Shown here one piece after another: positions 31,160-43,442 of a stretch of 64,000 bases of DNA. The stretch is taken from assembly GCA_030637025.1 (NCBI GenBank), contig DAOVVV010000002.1, positions 1 to 64,000 on the forward strand, read 5' to 3'. This DNA comes from Clostridia bacterium. GTDB lineage: Bacteria; CBDUZB01; JAGLHV01. Position 1 is the first letter of the stretch, and each line of letters starts with the position of its first letter. Made by a program: the position numbers and the translations under genes. Below the pieces are notes generated by a model. The model had not been told where the DNA came from. It searched no databases and was given only the letters and a program-made list of their open reading frames with translations.

Positions 31160-32299
31160 TTATTCTACCCTCTCCCCCCTTATAATTTCCGCATATATTT
31201 CTTCCATTTTTTTTATAAAAATATCTCTGGTAAATACATTTTCTATACGCTTTCTGCCTTCTTTTCCCATAACTTGAGCTCTTTTCTTGTTTTCCAGAAG
31301 AAATTCTATTCTTTGCGCCATTAAATCACTATCACCCGGAGGAACAAGAAAACCAGTAATCTTCTCCTTAATTATTTCCGGAATACTGCCAACCTTTGTC
31401 CCTACAACAGGTTTACCGACAGACATCCATTCCATAGTTACCCGTGAAATTGCTTCCGAACCCACAGAAGAAACAACCCCAACATCGCACAAATTCATTA
31501 CATCAGAAACATTAGCACAGAATCCGACAAAAATAATTTTATTTCTTACTCCTGATTTTTCTGCTATTTGTTCTAAATCCTTTATTTTTAAGTTTTTCTC
31601 TTCCCCTACAATAAGAAATTTTACTTTAGAATTTTTAGCGGATATTTTCCCTGCCGCTTCAATAAAAATTTGATGACCTTTTACCGGATCCAAGCGACCG
31701 ATAACACCAACAAGTGTTGTCTTTTCCTCTACATGTAGTTTCTTTCGCAGTTTTTCCTGTTTATTATCCAATCGAAATTTTTCTATATCAACAAAAGGAT
31801 AAACAGTATCAATTTTTTTCTCTTCTAAATGTAAAGAATTAACCGATAAATTCTTTACAAAATCAGAAGAAACAATTAATTTATCCGCGATTTTTTGGTG
31901 AATGATTCGATTAAACCAATTATTTTTAGGAGGTCTCATCTCTCCCCTTGTTCTTACCAACCCTATTTTAAAATTAGAATTTTCTGCCTGCAATGATTTT
32001 AGGGCTAAAGCTAAAGTAAAAAAACCTTCTCCGTAATGTGCATTTATAATTTGTATTTTTTCTTTTTTTAAAAATTCTTTCAACCGGAAAAAATCCGATA
32101 AAAAACACCAGGGTTTATTCAAATTGAAATGAGTATAGGTAGGAATTCCCCATCCTTCTGCTTTTATTACAGGAGGAGTATTTTTTTCTCCAATAACAAA
32201 TACCCGGTGTTTCCTTTTGTGCAATCCTTTAGCTAAAGATATTCCATACTCAGCAATAGCATTCCACCAACGAATGTTTACTACCTGTACTATATTCAT
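31160..32299 (-). CDS. Glycosyltransferase family 4
   Basis: IGRLDPVKGH, SEAISRVTMEWM...GKPVV (Ex7E). Confidence 0.9.
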   Translation of the reverse strand: MNIVQVVNIRWWNAIAEYGISLAKGLHKRKHRVFVIGEKNTPPVIKAEGWGIPTYTHFNLNKPWCFLSDFFRLKEFLKKEKIQIINAHYGEGFFTLALALKSLQAENSNFKIGLVRTRGEMRPPKNNWFNRIIHQKIADKLIVSSDFVKNLSVNSLHLEEKKIDTVYPFVDIEKFRLDNKQEKLRKKLHVEEKTTLVGVIGRLDPVKGHQIFIEAAGKISAKNSKVKFLIVGEEKNLKIKDLEQIAEKSGVRNKIIFVGFCANVSDVMNLCDVGVVSSVGSEAISRVTMEWMSVGKPVVGTKVGSIPEIIKEKITGFLVPPGDSDLMAQRIEFLLENKKRAQVMGKEGRKRIENVFTRDIFIKKMEEIYAEIIRGERVE

Positions 32300-32351
32300 C
32301 TTTTTTACTTAACCCCGTTTTTATAATTAAAAATTACTTATTACCCTGATT

Positions 32352-33392
32352 TTATCCCTTTTTTGTAGTTAATTTTTGCCTAACAGCCTCTAATACCTCA
32401 TCCACTTTAATTGCACTCATACATTCATGTGTTTTTAATTTACATTTATATCCTCCGTGCAAACCACACGGCCGGCAAGGTAATTTTTTTTCTATAACTA
32501 AATTATTTTCTCCGTAAGGATAAAATCCAATTTGAGTAGTCGTCGGCCCAAACAAAGCAATTACCGGAATTTTATGTGCAACTGCTATATGCATTGAAGC
32601 AGAATCATTACTCACAAAAATACGGCAGTTACTAATTAAAGCCGATAATTGTTTTAAAGACGTTTTACCTGCTAAATTAATTATATTTTCCCTGGTTTGA
32701 GATGAAATTTCATTTACAATTCGATTAACAACAGGAACATCGTTTTTACTGCCAAAAATTACCGGCTTACAATCCATTTTGACCAGCAAATTTAATAATT
32801 TTGCATATCGTTGCGGCCACCATCTTTTAGTAGGCCATACTGACCCGGGATTAATTCCTATCAATAAATTATTTTCTTTAATCCCATATTGTTTTAAAGT
32901 TTTTGTTGCCTCTTTTTTTTCGTTTTCTTTTATAGGAATAAAAATTTCCGGATTAGTATTTTTTATTCCCATAAAAACAGCCAGATCAAGATTTCGCTCC
33001 AAATCGTGTTTATTTTTATCATAATAGATGATTTTATTTAAAAATATTTTTCCCTGACTCTTATCAAATCCTACCCTTAACGGGATTTTGCTTAACCAGG
33101 AAAGAAAAGCACTTCTGAAAGAACGGTGAGGCAAAATAGCTATATCAAATTTTTTTCCTCGTATTTTTCTCACCAGTTTTAAAAAACCAAAAAAACTTCT
33201 GTCTCTCCCTTTTTTTTCATAAATAATCAATTCATCAACGGCGGGATGCTCAATTAAAATTTCCTTAGTACCCGGAATAACCAAAACTGATAAAAAACAA
33301 TTTTTCATCGTTTTTTTAATCTCGGATAGCAAAGGAATAGTCAAAATTAAGTCGCCTAAAAAAGCTGTCTGAATAACTAAAATACGTTTCAA
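32352..33392 (-). CDS. waaF: LPS heptosyltransferase II (GT9)
   Basis: QTAFLGD, NPGSVWPTKRW, NDSASMHIA, FGPT, CRPC. Confidence 0.8.
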   Translation of the reverse strand: MKRILVIQTAFLGDLILTIPLLSEIKKTMKNCFLSVLVIPGTKEILIEHPAVDELIIYEKKGRDRSFFGFLKLVRKIRGKKFDIAILPHRSFRSAFLSWLSKIPLRVGFDKSQGKIFLNKIIYYDKNKHDLERNLDLAVFMGIKNTNPEIFIPIKENEKKEATKTLKQYGIKENNLLIGINPGSVWPTKRWWPQRYAKLLNLLVKMDCKPVIFGSKNDVPVVNRIVNEISSQTRENIINLAGKTSLKQLSALISNCRIFVSNDSASMHIAVAHKIPVIALFGPTTTQIGFYPYGENNLVIEKKLPCRPCGLHGGYKCKLKTHECMSAIKVDEVLEAVRQKLTTKKG

Positions 33393-33431
33393 TTCCTCTT
33401 CCCTTTTTATAAAAACAATTAGAAAAAATTT

Positions 33432-34466
33432 CTAACCATTTTTCAATAATTTATCTACAGCATTAATTATTTCTTCTGTTGAAATTAAATTCAGGCAATC
33501 AAAAGTCTTTTTAGGACATTTATCTTTTGCATGTAAACTACATGGCCGACAGGGTAAATCCTTTTGAATTATTATTTTATTTTTTTCCCACGGTCCAAAT
33601 CCAAAATCCAGGGTTGTAGGACCAAACAAAGCAACTACCGGAATTTCCAACGCTGCAGCTATATGCATTGCCCCTGTATCAGGAGTAATTAAAACTTTGC
33701 ACATTTTTATTAAAGCAATAAGCCCTCTTAAATCTGTCTTGCCCACTAAATTAAAAATCTCATGGAGTGTATAAGGACCAAACCCGGAAATAATCTTCTT
33801 AGTAAATTCTAAATCTTCTTTCCCCCCCAGGAGTACCGGGGTATAATTTTTCTCTAACAATTTTTGAATTAATTCCGTATATTTAGAGGAAAACATTTTT
33901 TTTGTTTTATGTTTAGCCCCTAAATTTACCCCGATTAAAACCTGCGGCAAATTACTTCTAACACTTTTTATTCTGATTTTTGCTTGTTTAATATCTTCTT
34001 CGGTTAAAAAAATTTGTGGATTTTTATATTTAATTTTAATATTAACCCGGGATATTGCTTCCAGATAACGTTCAACAGTATGTTTTATTGGATGTTTCAA
34101 TTTTTTCCGGTAAACTAAATAACGCCGGGCAAAAATATCTTTTTTATATCTTATCTTTTTATTCGCTCCTGAAAAAAAAGTTATTATATGGCTTCTAAGA
34201 TTATGATGCAAATCAATGACCAGGTTAAATTTTTGCCTCCGGATTTGCTTAATTTTATCAGTCAAACTATCTTTTTTGGAAAAAACAATAATCTCATCCA
34301 GGTAAGGATTTGCCTTGAATATATCCATAAATTCTTCTTTAACCAAAACCGCTATATAAGCATCAGCATATTTTTCTCTTATATTACCTAAAACTACCGT
34401 AGATAAAACAACATCTCCCAAAGAACTTAAACGAATTACCAAAACCTTTTTTTTGTTTTCAACCAT
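33432..34466 (-). CDS. Glycosyltransferase family 9 (heptosyltransferase-like)
   Basis: RLSSLGDV, DTGAMHIA, FGPT, CRPC. Confidence 0.88.
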   Translation of the reverse strand: MVENKKKVLVIRLSSLGDVVLSTVVLGNIREKYADAYIAVLVKEEFMDIFKANPYLDEIIVFSKKDSLTDKIKQIRRQKFNLVIDLHHNLRSHIITFFSGANKKIRYKKDIFARRYLVYRKKLKHPIKHTVERYLEAISRVNIKIKYKNPQIFLTEEDIKQAKIRIKSVRSNLPQVLIGVNLGAKHKTKKMFSSKYTELIQKLLEKNYTPVLLGGKEDLEFTKKIISGFGPYTLHEIFNLVGKTDLRGLIALIKMCKVLITPDTGAMHIAAALEIPVVALFGPTTLDFGFGPWEKNKIIIQKDLPCRPCSLHAKDKCPKKTFDCLNLISTEEIINAVDKLLKNG

Positions 34467-34502
34467 ATATTTTTCATCCTTAATCTAATTCCATTTTTAT
34501 TA

Positions 34503-35048
34503 TTAGTAATAATTAATCTTTCCTGCTAACATATTCAATTTTTCCAGTAAATCCAAAACCTTATCTAATTTAAGATCTTCTTCCAATGAATAATTTTGTT
34601 TTTTTATGTTAATATATTTCTTACGCAAACAAACCGCATCAAATCCCGAAGACATAAAGGAGTCTATTATTTCTTTGTTTTTATAATCCGTTAAAAAAAT
34701 TCGGGCAGACATTTCATTATTAGTACTAATAAAATATTTTTTATCGAATTCCATATCCCCTGTTTCTATTACCCGATAAAGACCAATTTTTTTTAAAATT
34801 CCTAAAATTTTTCCTTCATGGTAAATACTTAATTTAAACGGACAATTCAAGTGGCAATAAATATCTAAAGTGGCCGGGTTACTCCGGCTGGCAGGTATAA
34901 GGATTATTTTTATTCGCCTTTGTTTATATAGTCCAGACAATTGAGGAACAATATAAAACAAACCACCTTTAATCTTTGCCTGGTCAATCCGAGCAGCAAT
35001 TTTTTCCAAAATTTCAAACTTGCGTTTATTAATGATTTTTTTTAGCAT
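34503..35048 (-). CDS. Hypothetical protein
   Basis: 181-aa ORF overlapping the acyltransferase stop; ETGDMEFDKKY motif; function not recognised. Confidence 0.6.
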   Translation of the reverse strand: MLKKIINKRKFEILEKIAARIDQAKIKGGLFYIVPQLSGLYKQRRIKIILIPASRSNPATLDIYCHLNCPFKLSIYHEGKILGILKKIGLYRVIETGDMEFDKKYFISTNNEMSARIFLTDYKNKEIIDSFMSSGFDAVCLRKKYINIKKQNYSLEEDLKLDKVLDLLEKLNMLAGKINYY

Positions 35049-35955
35049 TATTTACGCCTTTCCACCTCCGGTGTAACCAAAACCATTGCTCCGGATATTG
35101 CCACACATATTTTTCTACTACCTTTGTAAAATTAGTCATAGTTAAAGCAATGTCCTTTTCTTGATTTCCGGTATTTTCCAGCTTTACCGGTGGTTCAATA
35201 AATATTTTATGGGTGTGATCCTTCTGACGAATTATAAACATCGGTATAACCGGCACTTTTGTTTTAAGAGCATAAATAGCTGACCCCGAAGCAGTTAATG
35301 CCGGATGCCCTAAAAAATCAATCACAATTCCCTTTCTGAATTTTTGATCAAAATATATTCCTAGAATATTCCCCTTTTTAAGCCAATAAAATGCTTTTTT
35401 TGCTAATTGGCCACTTGAATGAGTAAAAAGAAGAGTTGATTTCAATTTCCATCTATTTCTGAGTCCCTGAATTAAATATTCTGTTTTTTTATCGGTAAGC
35501 GTTCTCATAAATGCTGAATAAGAATATCCTAAAGAGTTTAATTTAAGTTCTATAAGTGTAAAATTTCCCAAATGTGCCCCAATCATAATTACTCCTTTTT
35601 TTTCCTTTAAAGCTTTTTTTAAATGCTCTTCCCCTTCTATAGTAATTAAATCGCATATCCGGTTTGTATCTCTATTGTAAAAATAAATTATTTCGCAAAT
35701 TGAATAAGCAAAATGCCGAAAAACAAGTCTGATAAGTTCTTTTTTTTCTTCAAAAGTCAATTTTTTTCCATAAACTAAATTTAAGTTTTTCATTGCTCTT
35801 AAATAATGTTTTCTTAGTAAAAAACAACTAATTTTCCCTAACATATCAGCAAATTTATACATGCTCTCAAGACTTAAAAAAGTACTAATCAACATGCTTG
35901 TTTTTATGGCTACCCACCCTAAAAATCTACCGGTTTTCTTGCTTACTTTTGACAT
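35029..35955 (-). CDS. Lipid A late acyltransferase (LpxL/HtrB family)
   Basis: AHLGNF, DQ, FLG, YPEQWFWLHRRWK. Confidence 0.88.
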   Translation of the reverse strand: MSKVSKKTGRFLGWVAIKTSMLISTFLSLESMYKFADMLGKISCFLLRKHYLRAMKNLNLVYGKKLTFEEKKELIRLVFRHFAYSICEIIYFYNRDTNRICDLITIEGEEHLKKALKEKKGVIMIGAHLGNFTLIELKLNSLGYSYSAFMRTLTDKKTEYLIQGLRNRWKLKSTLLFTHSSGQLAKKAFYWLKKGNILGIYFDQKFRKGIVIDFLGHPALTASGSAIYALKTKVPVIPMFIIRQKDHTHKIFIEPPVKLENTGNQEKDIALTMTNFTKVVEKYVWQYPEQWFWLHRRWKGVNNAKKNH

Positions 35956-35987
35956 TTTTTAACTATTTCCTGTGTTTTTATTATTAT

Positions 35988-37304
35988 CTATTTTAATAAT
36001 CCAGCAACTAATTCCAAATTTTTTAGAGTTGCACCCTGCCCGGATAAAACAGCTTTTCTGGCATTTTCACCTATTTTAAACAACAGCGAAGAATCATTCA
36101 ATAAATGTAAGATATTTATTTCCAGCTCTCTTTCATTTCCAACCTGGATACCCCCATTTTCTTTTTTAAGCAAACAGGCCGGTTCTTTAAAATTTTGCAT
36201 ATAAGGACCGAATAAAACCGGTTTGGCCAGACTAGCCGGTTCAAGAATATTATGCCCGCCTATTTTGACTAAACTACCACCCACAAAAACAATTGTGGCA
36301 ATAGCATAGGTTTTCATTAATTCTCCCATGGTATCTAAAATAATAATATTTAGGGGAAAAAGAGATTTTTTTTCAACTTGACCGAAAGTAATCTTAGAAG
36401 ACAAAGTACTTTTTCTAGTAAAATTAAAAGATCCCTTTCTCAATAAACCCTCTAAATAAGCAACCCGTTCTAAATGGCGGGGAGCAATAATTAACTTTAA
36501 CCCGGGATATTTATTTAAAATCCGCTTATAAACATCTATAATTATTTTTTCCTCCCCTGCCCTCGTACTACCAGCCACCCAGATTAAGTCCTTTTCTACC
36601 AAACAAAATTCCTGATAAATATCTTCTATTTCCCGATTAGTAATTTGTTCCGATAAAAAGCCATCGTACTTAACGTTGCCGGTTATCTTCACTTTTTCCC
36701 TGTCTGCCCCTAGAAAAATAATTCTCCTTGCATACTTTTCAGACTGCATACTAAAAACATCTATAAAAGATAAAAATCCCTTCATCCAGAACTTAAAAAT
36801 TCTATATTTTTTAAAACTTTTATCGGAAATGCGCCCATTAACAACAATCACTTTTGCCTGTTCTTTTTTGAGCAGGTAAATTAAATTAGGCCAAATTTCT
36901 GTCTCTACCAACACTAAAAGCTTGATCCTGAAACATTTTAAAATTCTCCTTATACAATTTTTTAAATCTAAAGGCACAAAAATAACTATTTCTTCCGGAT
37001 ATAAATCTTTTAATGTTTGAACTCCCATTGGTGTCATAGAAGAAATAAGCAGTTTATAATAAGGAATTTTTTTTCTTATTTCTTTTATTAAGACAGAAGC
37101 AATCTTTGCTTCTCCCACAGAAGAAGCATGAATCCAAAAATACTCATTTTCCCGGCTAAGATTAGCTCTTATTTTTCCGGGTAAAAATCCAAATCTCTGT
37201 CGAACTCCTTTTCGCCATCTGGAAGAAAAAATCATTCTTATCCCCCAATAGGGAAAAGTAAAAACGACAAAAAAAATTAAAATTAAATTATATAAAAAAT
37301 ACAT
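35988..37304 (-). CDS. waaA: Kdo transferase
   Basis: WIHASSVGE, ETEIWPN, APRH, GGSL...GGHNILEPA. Confidence 0.95.
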   Translation of the reverse strand: MYFLYNLILIFFVVFTFPYWGIRMIFSSRWRKGVRQRFGFLPGKIRANLSRENEYFWIHASSVGEAKIASVLIKEIRKKIPYYKLLISSMTPMGVQTLKDLYPEEIVIFVPLDLKNCIRRILKCFRIKLLVLVETEIWPNLIYLLKKEQAKVIVVNGRISDKSFKKYRIFKFWMKGFLSFIDVFSMQSEKYARRIIFLGADREKVKITGNVKYDGFLSEQITNREIEDIYQEFCLVEKDLIWVAGSTRAGEEKIIIDVYKRILNKYPGLKLIIAPRHLERVAYLEGLLRKGSFNFTRKSTLSSKITFGQVEKKSLFPLNIIILDTMGELMKTYAIATIVFVGGSLVKIGGHNILEPASLAKPVLFGPYMQNFKEPACLLKKENGGIQVGNERELEINILHLLNDSSLLFKIGENARKAVLSGQGATLKNLELVAGLLK

Positions 37305-37308
37305 TTTT

Positions 37309-37959
37309 TTATTTTTTCACCAAAGTATCTGCCTGCTCAGTAATTTTATTCATAGCTTTTTCTAATTCGCCGGTTTTTTCCTGGAGATTATCATTACTCC
37401 CTACATAAATCGGCGCTCCGGTAATCACCACTCCTCTATTAAAAGGAAACGGAATAATAAACTTATCCCAGGAAGAAAGAATCTTTTTCCTCTTCATCCC
37501 ATAAGTTAAAGGAATTATGGGATAACCACTTTTCATAGCTAAATAAACAATTCCCGGTTGAACTTTGTTAACCGGCCCGCGCGGGCCATCAGGGGTTATC
37601 GCAATTATCTTATTTCCCCTTAATTTTCTTAACATTTCTATAAAAGCCCTTTTCCCCCCCCGGGAAGAAGAACCCCGTATCGTTTTAAACCCAAACCTAT
37701 ACAAAATCTGCGAAATATATTCCCCATCTTCACTCTGGCTGGTCATCACATAAATATCCTGCCGGCGATGAGAATAAACTAAAAATAAAAGACGATTATG
37801 CCAAACAGCATAAATAAAAGGGTTTTTTTCCTTTTTTAAATTTTCAACCTTTTTATGCTCTATTCTTCTTACAATAGATGTTTTCCCTATAATGTTTATA
37901 ATCAGCCATGCTATAAAAGAAATAAATCGTTCATTAATAAATTTCATTAAACCCTTCAT
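37309..37959 (-). CDS. DUF374 / LpxJ-like acyltransferase
   Basis: WHNR, SQSEDGE, RGSSSRGG, TPDGPRGP, SWD. Confidence 0.88.
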   Translation of the reverse strand: MKGLMKFINERFISFIAWLIINIIGKTSIVRRIEHKKVENLKKEKNPFIYAVWHNRLLFLVYSHRRQDIYVMTSQSEDGEYISQILYRFGFKTIRGSSSRGGKRAFIEMLRKLRGNKIIAITPDGPRGPVNKVQPGIVYLAMKSGYPIIPLTYGMKRKKILSSWDKFIIPFPFNRGVVITGAPIYVGSNDNLQEKTGELEKAMNKITEQADTLVKK

Positions 37960-38049
37960 CAGACTTTATTTTACAACCAAATTTGATCCATGAATTAACC
38001 CGAATTTTCTCTATCTAATATAAGGTAAGATTCAATTTAACTATAGTTT

Positions 38050-38706
38050 TTAACGCGGTTTATGGGTAGAGACCCAGCCAACTATACTCAGTATGCTTTT
38101 TTGAGGTAATAATTGGTGATTTTCATTGAAAGTTATTCCTATTTTTTCTGTATTAAGAATCTGTGATACTTTTTTGCTTATCCCTCCATTCCACTCCTTA
38201 CAATAATGGTCAAAACTAAAAACTAATTCACAATCCTGTTTTTTTGCTTCTGAAACAACCAACCGATTAACAAAATTGGAAGCTTCCCGCAATGCTTCTT
38301 CTCCAATTATATCTAAAATTCGCGATAAGAATAAATCACCTGATTCTTCTTTCTTTTTTATTCCCTCTTCTAATTGTTTCCCGATAGTTACTGCCCATAA
38401 ACTTACCGCCAACCATTTCTTGGTCCGGGAAACTAAATCATCAATACCGGAAAATAATTTTTCTCCTTTTTCCTTGTTCAAAGTTCTATAAAGTACGCAA
38501 GGAACAATTAAATCCTGAGCAAAATTAATTGCTTTGGATATTTCTTCCCTTTTTTCTTTTTTAATTAATTTTATATCTGTAATTCCAAAAACATTTACCA
38601 GTTCTTCTTCTTCAAAATCCTGCGCTGTTAACAAATTTTTGGACTTTAATATTTTAAAAATCCTTTTCGGAAGAATTTCTATCTTGAATTTTTTTATTTT
38701 GGTCAT
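38050..38706 (-). CDS. Stand-alone B12-dependent methionine synthase activation-domain-like protein
   Basis: AVTIG..LE, LDIIG, IGITF...LLPQKS..IVG. Confidence 0.7.
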   Translation of the reverse strand: MTKIKKFKIEILPKRIFKILKSKNLLTAQDFEEEELVNVFGITDIKLIKKEKREEISKAINFAQDLIVPCVLYRTLNKEKGEKLFSGIDDLVSRTKKWLAVSLWAVTIGKQLEEGIKKKEESGDLFLSRILDIIGEEALREASNFVNRLVVSEAKKQDCELVFSFDHYCKEWNGGISKKVSQILNTEKIGITFNENHQLLPQKSILSIVGWVSTHKPR

Positions 38707-38745
38707 TAAAATGTTACCCGCACATTTAAATTGTTTTTCCCGTTT

Positions 38746-39645
38746 CTATTTTTTACCTTTTCTTGTTTCCCATTCATAAACTAAAGGAGCGGCTATAGCA
38801 ATCGAAGAATAAGTTCCAATTATAATTCCAAACAACAAAGTAAAAGAAAAATCATGAATTACTCCTCCTCCAAAAACAAAAAGTGAACCTACAACCAAAA
38901 AAGTAGTTAAAGAAGTTATTATTGTCCGGTTAAGAGTAGAATTTATTCCCTTATTTACAATATCATAAAAGGTATCCTTGCGTCGTAATCTGGTTGTTTC
39001 CCTTATCCGGTCATAAACCACAATAGTATCGTTAATCGAATAACCGGCTAAAGCAAGCAAAGCAGCAATTACGGTTAAAGTTATTTCCTTGTTGAAGAAG
39101 GACAGAACTCCAAAAACGATAAATACATCATGAATCAAGGCTATCACCCCCGCCATTCCATAAACACCGGATTTAAACCGCAAAGCGACATAAATAATTA
39201 TCCCGATAAATGACCAAAAAACAGCCCCTTTAGCCCGTTTTATTAAATATTTTCCCACTGACGGGCCAACCATTTCATCCCGTTCTATTACAAAACTGTT
39301 ATCTTTTAATCCTGCACTAAGTGCTTTCTGAATATTACGGCTCATTTCTATTCCTGTATTATTACTTTTTTTTACCCGAATAATAACTCTATTATCTTTG
39401 GTGAAATTCTGAATCTCACTCCCATGCAAATCAGAACCAATCAATGTTTCCCTTATTTCAGCAACACTTACCGGATTAATAAAGGTAAGTTCTAACATTG
39501 TCCCTCCTTTAAAGTCAATACCCAAATCGGGTCCGCCTCTAACAATTAAGGAAAACAATCCTATTAAAACAAAGAAAATTGAAATACCAAAAAAAATCCA
39601 TCTTTTCTTTAAAAAATCAATATTAGATTCTCCAAAAAATTGCAT
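38746..39645 (-). CDS. secF: Protein translocase subunit SecF
   Basis: GIDFKGG, VGPSVG, GYSINDTIVVYDRIRE. Confidence 0.96.
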   Translation of the reverse strand: MQFFGESNIDFLKKRWIFFGISIFFVLIGLFSLIVRGGPDLGIDFKGGTMLELTFINPVSVAEIRETLIGSDLHGSEIQNFTKDNRVIIRVKKSNNTGIEMSRNIQKALSAGLKDNSFVIERDEMVGPSVGKYLIKRAKGAVFWSFIGIIIYVALRFKSGVYGMAGVIALIHDVFIVFGVLSFFNKEITLTVIAALLALAGYSINDTIVVYDRIRETTRLRRKDTFYDIVNKGINSTLNRTIITSLTTFLVVGSLFVFGGGVIHDFSFTLLFGIIIGTYSSIAIAAPLVYEWETRKGKK

Positions 39646-39761
39646 TTTATCCTCCTATTTTTTATTCTTTTTAAAAAAGAGTATTTTGACAAAACCCTTA
39701 AAATAATAATTATTAATTGATATTTAAATCTAAAGTAATAACATTCCGGACATTTTCATAT

Positions 39762-41120
39762 CTATATACTTAATTTTTCCACCCTCTTTCCCCTTAATGC
39801 CCAGTTAAAAACTTCATGAGTCACCATAATAGCGGTAAACATACTCACAAGAATACCTAAAGATAAAGTTACGGCAAAACCCTTTACCGGACCCGTACCG
39901 AATTGGAAAAGAAAAGCAGCCGCAATTAAGGTAGTTATATTTGAATCCAAAATAGTTTTAAAAGCTTTCTGGTATCCGGCATCAATAGCTACCCGAACCG
40001 TTTTTCCGCTTTTTAATTCTTCTCGAATACGCTCGAAAACAAGCACATTAGCATCTACCGACATACCAATAGTAAGTATAATTCCGGCCAGTCCGGGTAA
40101 AGTTAAAGTAGCATGTAAATAAGCCATTGCCCCTAAAACAAGTATTAAGTTTAAAAAAAGAGCAAATACTGCCACCGAACCGGATAACCTATAATAAAAA
40201 AGCATAAATAAAATTACTAAAACTGCTCCAATGCCCATAGCCATGGTGCCTTTTTTTATAGAATCTCTTCCTAAGGAAGGACCAACTGTTCGGTTTTCAA
40301 TAACATTAACCGGCGCAGGTAAAGCACCGGCACGTAAAATAATGGCCAAATCTCTTGCTGTATCGGCATTAAAATTTCCTTCAATAATAGCATTACCATC
40401 GGGAATTCTGCTTTTAATTACCGGTGCAGACTGCACTACGCCGTCTAAAACAATAGCCAGGTTTCTTTCAATATTATCTTCAGTAACCAGAGCGAACTTT
40501 TTTGCCCCTTCTTTATTAAACTTAATGGATACACAGGGGAAACCATATTTGCCGCCTATTTCTACTTTAGCATCAATTAAAGATGCCCCGGTAAGTTCCG
40601 CTTCTTTCTTCACTAAATATTCTCTTTCTTCTTTACCCGGCAATAATTCATAGCCTTCAGGTATATTTCCTTCTTTAGCTTCTGTCATTCTTCCCAGGTC
40701 ATCTACTAATTTAAATTCTAAAAGAGCAGTTTTTCCAATAAGGTCCATAGCCCTCCGGGCATCTTTTATCCCGGGAAGCTGTACTACAATCCACTTATCC
40801 CCCTGTTTGACAATCAAAGGTTCTGCAATACCAAACTGGTCTATCCTGTTGCGTACAATTTCAATAGCTCTGTCCACAGCCTCTTTTACTTTCATTCCCT
40901 CAGGCATTTTAGCAGTATCTACCTCTAAAATAAGATGCATTCCGCCACGTAAATCCAGGCCTAAATTTAATACCTTCCCCAAAAAAGGATTTCCCTCTTT
41001 TTCCATTATTTCTTTTTCTTCAGCACTCATTTTATACCAGGAATAAGTAGGATATAAAAACCAACAAGCTAAAAAAATAACTATTCCGATAAAAATACAC
41101 TTAATTTGCCTTTGGGTCAT
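39762..41120 (-). CDS. secD: Protein translocase subunit SecD
   Basis: LGLDLRGG, LRAGALPAP, GMSVDANVLVFERIREE. Confidence 0.96.
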   Translation of the reverse strand: MTQRQIKCIFIGIVIFLACWFLYPTYSWYKMSAEEKEIMEKEGNPFLGKVLNLGLDLRGGMHLILEVDTAKMPEGMKVKEAVDRAIEIVRNRIDQFGIAEPLIVKQGDKWIVVQLPGIKDARRAMDLIGKTALLEFKLVDDLGRMTEAKEGNIPEGYELLPGKEEREYLVKKEAELTGASLIDAKVEIGGKYGFPCVSIKFNKEGAKKFALVTEDNIERNLAIVLDGVVQSAPVIKSRIPDGNAIIEGNFNADTARDLAIILRAGALPAPVNVIENRTVGPSLGRDSIKKGTMAMGIGAVLVILFMLFYYRLSGSVAVFALFLNLILVLGAMAYLHATLTLPGLAGIILTIGMSVDANVLVFERIREELKSGKTVRVAIDAGYQKAFKTILDSNITTLIAAAFLFQFGTGPVKGFAVTLSLGILVSMFTAIMVTHEVFNWALRGKRVEKLSI

Positions 41121-41164
41121 CTTTCTCCTCCTCGTTATTTTCTTATTACAAGATTAAAGTATAT

Positions 41165-41830
41165 CTACAGTAATTTTGTTTTATTTATAATCAGCTCAAA
41201 TTTACAACTTAGAAACTGAGCTGCCTTTCGACACATAACCATACGGCTTAAAAATATTTCGAAATATTCCATTACCTGAGAAATAGTAACATCAATATTC
41301 AATTCTAAAGTAATTGTTTTTTTCTCATTATTCACTCGTAAGAAAGATTTTTCAGCGGCATAATTTACCCGGTCATGGATATCAAAAGCCAGCACACTAT
41401 GATTATGTACACGGGTTCGGTGAACATCAGATTTATCCGCTAAGATTAAAGCTGCTGCAACTTCATTAATCGGTTCACCTGTAGACTCCTCATGATTACC
41501 GATAGCACTGATTATAATCGCCACTTCTTCATTATTTAACCCTACATCCGGTAAAACATGCATAGCAATAAGAGCTCCTGATTGTTCATGTCCCTGTCTG
41601 TTTATAACATTACCAATATCATGTAAATATCCGGCAATTGCCCCTAATTTGCAAATCTGTTCTTCAAAATTTAAATGATTTAGTATATTGTAAGCAATAT
41701 TAGAAACTAAATTAGCATGTCGACAACCATGTTCTGTATATCCAATAGTTTCCAGGCATTTATTAGCCCTTTCAACAAACGCTATTACCAACGGATGATT
41801 TTTAATATCATCCACTTTTAGGTGTAACAT
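41165..41830 (-). CDS. HD-domain phosphohydrolase
   Basis: GYTEH, LHDIGN, LILADKSD. Confidence 0.88.
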   Translation of the reverse strand: MLHLKVDDIKNHPLVIAFVERANKCLETIGYTEHGCRHANLVSNIAYNILNHLNFEEQICKLGAIAGYLHDIGNVINRQGHEQSGALIAMHVLPDVGLNNEEVAIIISAIGNHEESTGEPINEVAAALILADKSDVHRTRVHNHSVLAFDIHDRVNYAAEKSFLRVNNEKKTITLELNIDVTISQVMEYFEIFLSRMVMCRKAAQFLSCKFELIINKTKLL

Positions 41831-41899
41831 TTTTTTACCCCTTCCCTAATGCCGAATGTTGTATTATTTAAACTGTCTTTTATTTTAAATAATGAAATT

Positions 41900-42196
41900 T
41901 TATTTTCCCTCTTTGCTTTCCAAAGAAGGCGTTAAAACCTGAGTTACTGCACTTTTAGCCAGTTGAATTTTTACTTCTTCGGCAATTTCAATTTCAAGAA
42001 CAGCTGCTTTAATTCCTACAACAACCCCGTATACTCCACCGGAAGAAAGAACTTTGTCTCCCTTTTTTAAATTATTAAGCATTTCCTGATGTTCTTTGAC
42101 CTTTTTTTGCTGTGGCCGAATTACGAGAAAATAAAAAATGGCAAAAATTAAAATCCAGGGAAAAAACTGTACTAAAGGATTTCCTTGTGGCTGCAT
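41900..42196 (-). CDS. yajC: Preprotein translocase subunit YajC
   Basis: FYFLVIRPQQKK, LKKGDKV..GG.YG. Confidence 0.95.
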   Translation of the reverse strand: MQPQGNPLVQFFPWILIFAIFYFLVIRPQQKKVKEHQEMLNNLKKGDKVLSSGGVYGVVVGIKAAVLEIEIAEEVKIQLAKSAVTQVLTPSLESKEGK

Positions 42197-42299
42197 TTAT
42201 TCCTCCTTAAAATATATTTTTTTAATTCTTATATTCAAACAAATCCAATAAGCCAATAAAATTATTTTTAATGATTCTCCTATTCACTCTCATTTTATA

Positions 42300-43442
<1,143 letters not shown>
